Assembly: GCA_963765095.1 (NCBI GenBank)
Contig: CAVXUV010000021.1
Span: forward strand, 15,133-79,132
Direction: 5' to 3'
DNA: 64,000 nucleotides
Source of the DNA: an uncultured Alphaproteobacteria bacterium
GTDB lineage: Bacteria > Pseudomonadota > Alphaproteobacteria > Micropepsales > Micropepsaceae
Below are positions 61,877 to 64,000 of this stretch, piece after piece. The stretch's first letter is position 1. Each line of letters opens with the position of its first letter. Under the pieces are notes generated by a model that worked only from the letters and a program-made list of their open reading frames with translations, did no database searches and was not told the origin of the DNA. The position numbers and the translations under genes are program-made.

Positions 61877-64000
61877 TTATTCGCCTGCCACCGGCTCGGG
61901 CTTTTTCTTCGCCTTCGCGGTCTTCTTCTTGGGGGCCGGTTTCTTTTCCGTCGCCGGCACTACGCTCTCGGTCTTTTCCGCTTTCGCGTTTTTCTTTTTG
62001 GCCGCCGGCTTTTTCTTGGGTTTCTTGCCGGATTTGGCGGCACGGTCGGCGATCATCGCCAACGCCTGTTCCAGCGTCACCTCCGTCGGCTCCATGCCCT
62101 CGGGAATGGTGGCGTTGGTATGGCCGTCGCTCACATAGGGTCCGTAGCGGCCCTTGAGCACCTTGATGGCGTTGCCGTCGCCATCATTGCCCAATTCCTT
62201 CAGTGCTTCCGGTCCGCGGCGTTTGAAACCCTTGGCCTTCTTTTCCGCCAGCAAGGTGACGGCGTGATTGATGCCGATGGTGAAGACATCGTCGGGCGAT
62301 TCCAGCGAAGCATATTTGCCATCATGGGCGACATAGGGTCCGAAGCGGCCGAAATTCGCCGTGATTATTTTGTTGTCTTCGGGATGTGTGCCCACTTCGC
62401 GTGGCAAGGACAGCAGTTTCACCGCGAAGGGCAGATCCACGGTCGACGGATCGGTGCCCTTGGGCAGGCCCGAACGCTTGGGTTTCTTGCCTTCGCCCCG
62501 CTGCACATAGGGGCCGAAGCGGCCGGAGCGCAAAGTCACTTGATCTTCGCTGTCCGGGAACAGTCCAAGCTCGCGCGGACCGGCATCGCCCTCGCCCGGC
62601 TTGGCCCCGATCTGGCGGGTGAATTTGCACTCGGGATAATTGCTGCAGCCGACAAAGGCGCCGAAGCGGCCCAGCTTGAGATTCAACCGGCCATCGGCGC
62701 AGGAAGGGCATTTGCGCGGATCAACCCCGTCTTCGCCCGGCGGGAAGATATGCGGGCTGAGCACGGAATCGAGCTCGTCGATCACCTGACTGATCTTGAG
62801 GTCCTTGGTCTCGCCCACCGCGGCCGAGAAATCCTTCCAGAAATCGCGCAGCAGCTGCTTCCAGTCCAGATCGCCTGCCGAAACTTCGTCCAGCTTCTCT
62901 TCCAGATCGGCGGTGAAGTCATAGGCGACATAGCGCTTGAAGAAACTGTTGAGGAAGGTCGTGACCAGCCGGCCTTTGTCCTCGGGATAGAAGCGGCCAC
63001 GGTCCATCCGCACATAGGCGCGGTCGCGCAAGGTGGAGAGGATCGTGGCATAGGTGGAGGGCCGGCCGATGCCCAGCTCTTCCAGCTTGCGCACCAGGCT
63101 GGCTTCGGAATAGCGCGGCGGCGGCTCGGTGAAATGCTGGGCCGGTGTGACTTTTTCGATCTTGCTGGCGTCGCCGGCCGTCACTTTGGGAAGCCGCGAA
63201 CCATCCTCGTCGGAGGTGTCATCCTCGCCTTCTATATAGAGGGTGAGAAAGCCGTCAAACACCGTGACCGTGCCGCTGGCACGCAGGGTGATTTTCTTGT
63301 CGGCAGAGATCACATCCACGATGGTGCGTTCCTGCTCGGCCAACTCCATCTGGCTGGCGACGGCGCGTTTCCAGATCAGTTCGTAAAGCTTGGCCGCGTC
63401 CTCGTTGAGATAGCGGCCCACATCTTCCGGCATGCGCGCGAAGCTGGTGGGGCGGATCGCTTCATGCGCTTCCTGGGCGTTGGCGGCCTTGGAGGTATAG
63501 GTGCGGGCGGTGGCTGGCACGTAACGCGCACCATAGCGCTTGCCCACCACGTCGCGGGCTTCGGCGATGGCTTCGCCCACCATGGTGACGCCGTCGGTAC
63601 GCATATAGGTGATCAGGCCGACCGTATCGCCACCGATATCCACGCCTTCGTAGAGTCCTTGCGCGACTTGCATGGTGCGCTTGGCATTGAAGCCCAGCTT
63701 GCGCGCGGCCTCCTGTTGCAAGGTCGAGGTGATGAAGGGCGGGGCGGGATTGCGCTTGACCGGCTTGGATTCGACACTGCCGATGGTGAAACTCTGCGCC
63801 TCGATCGCGGCCACGGCGCGCTTGGCGTCGGCCTCGTTGCCCAGCGAGAGTTTTTCCAGCTTCTTGCCGTCGAGCTGGATCAGGCGGGCGCCGAAATCGC
63901 CGCTCTTGGTCGAGACATCGGCGTCGATGCTCCAATATTCCTGGGCCTTGAAGGCCTCGATCTCGGTTTCGCGCTCCACCACCAGGCGCAGCGCCACCGA
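61877..64000 (-). CDS. topA: DNA topoisomerase I (5' part outside the window)
   Basis: TSTLQQEA; GLITYMRTDG catalytic Tyr; QEAHEAIRPT; GIGRPSTY; zinc ribbon and GRFGPY repeats. Confidence 0.98.
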   Translation of the reverse strand, partial: SVALRLVVERETEIEAFKAQEYWSIDADVSTKSGDFGARLIQLDGKKLEKLSLGNEADAKRAVAAIEAQSFTIGSVESKPVKRNPAPPFITSTLQQEAARKLGFNAKRTMQVAQGLYEGVDIGGDTVGLITYMRTDGVTMVGEAIAEARDVVGKRYGARYVPATARTYTSKAANAQEAHEAIRPTSFARMPEDVGRYLNEDAAKLYELIWKRAVASQMELAEQERTIVDVISADKKITLRASGTVTVFDGFLTLYIEGEDDTSDEDGSRLPKVTAGDASKIEKVTPAQHFTEPPPRYSEASLVRKLEELGIGRPSTYATILSTLRDRAYVRMDRGRFYPEDKGRLVTTFLNSFFKRYVAYDFTADLEEKLDEVSAGDLDWKQLLRDFWKDFSAAVGETKDLKISQVIDELDSVLSPHIFPPGEDGVDPRKCPSCADGRLNLKLGRFGAFVGCSNYPECKFTRQIGAKPGEGDAGPRELGLFPDSEDQVTLRSGRFGPYVQRGEGKKPKRSGLPKGTDPSTVDLPFAVKLLSLPREVGTHPEDNKIITANFGRFGPYVAHDGKYASLESPDDVFTIGINHAVTLLAEKKAKGFKRRGPEALKELGNDGDGNAIKVLKGRYGPYVSDGHTNATIPEGMEPTEVTLEQALAMIADRAAKSGKKPKKKPAAKKKNAKAEKTESVVPATEKKPAPKKKTAKAKKKPEPVAGE

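Overview
GC-rich alphaproteobacterial chromosome segment; gene content and order suggest Micropepsales/Rhizomicrobium-like, which is an inference. It is mostly core genes: greA, carB, acs, thiC with a TPP riboswitch, rlmN, argG, gyrB-recF-dnaN-dnaA, rpsT, mutM-ubiE-ubiB, coaBC-dut-rrf2-cysK, rpmG, rnr and topA. Many genes, including essential ones, are broken by single-base indels clustered in patches, most likely long-read consensus errors, so several CDS coordinates are reconstructed across frames. No tRNA, rRNA, CRISPR array, transposase or phage gene was seen. Best leads: (1) an 11.5-15.4 kb insert encoding a secreted cytochrome c (CxxCH) plus helix-hairpin-helix fusion, a secreted His-rich beta-propeller and a Tat-signal DapA-family enzyme; (2) a Rieske oxygenase translationally coupled to a GldA/F/G-DUF4340 ABC operon; (3) a tandem-hairpin leader with a repeated CAGAGAUU motif that masks an RBS; (4) two families of palindromic REP-like elements found only at convergent gene junctions; (5) a structured sRNA candidate next to DUF2794.
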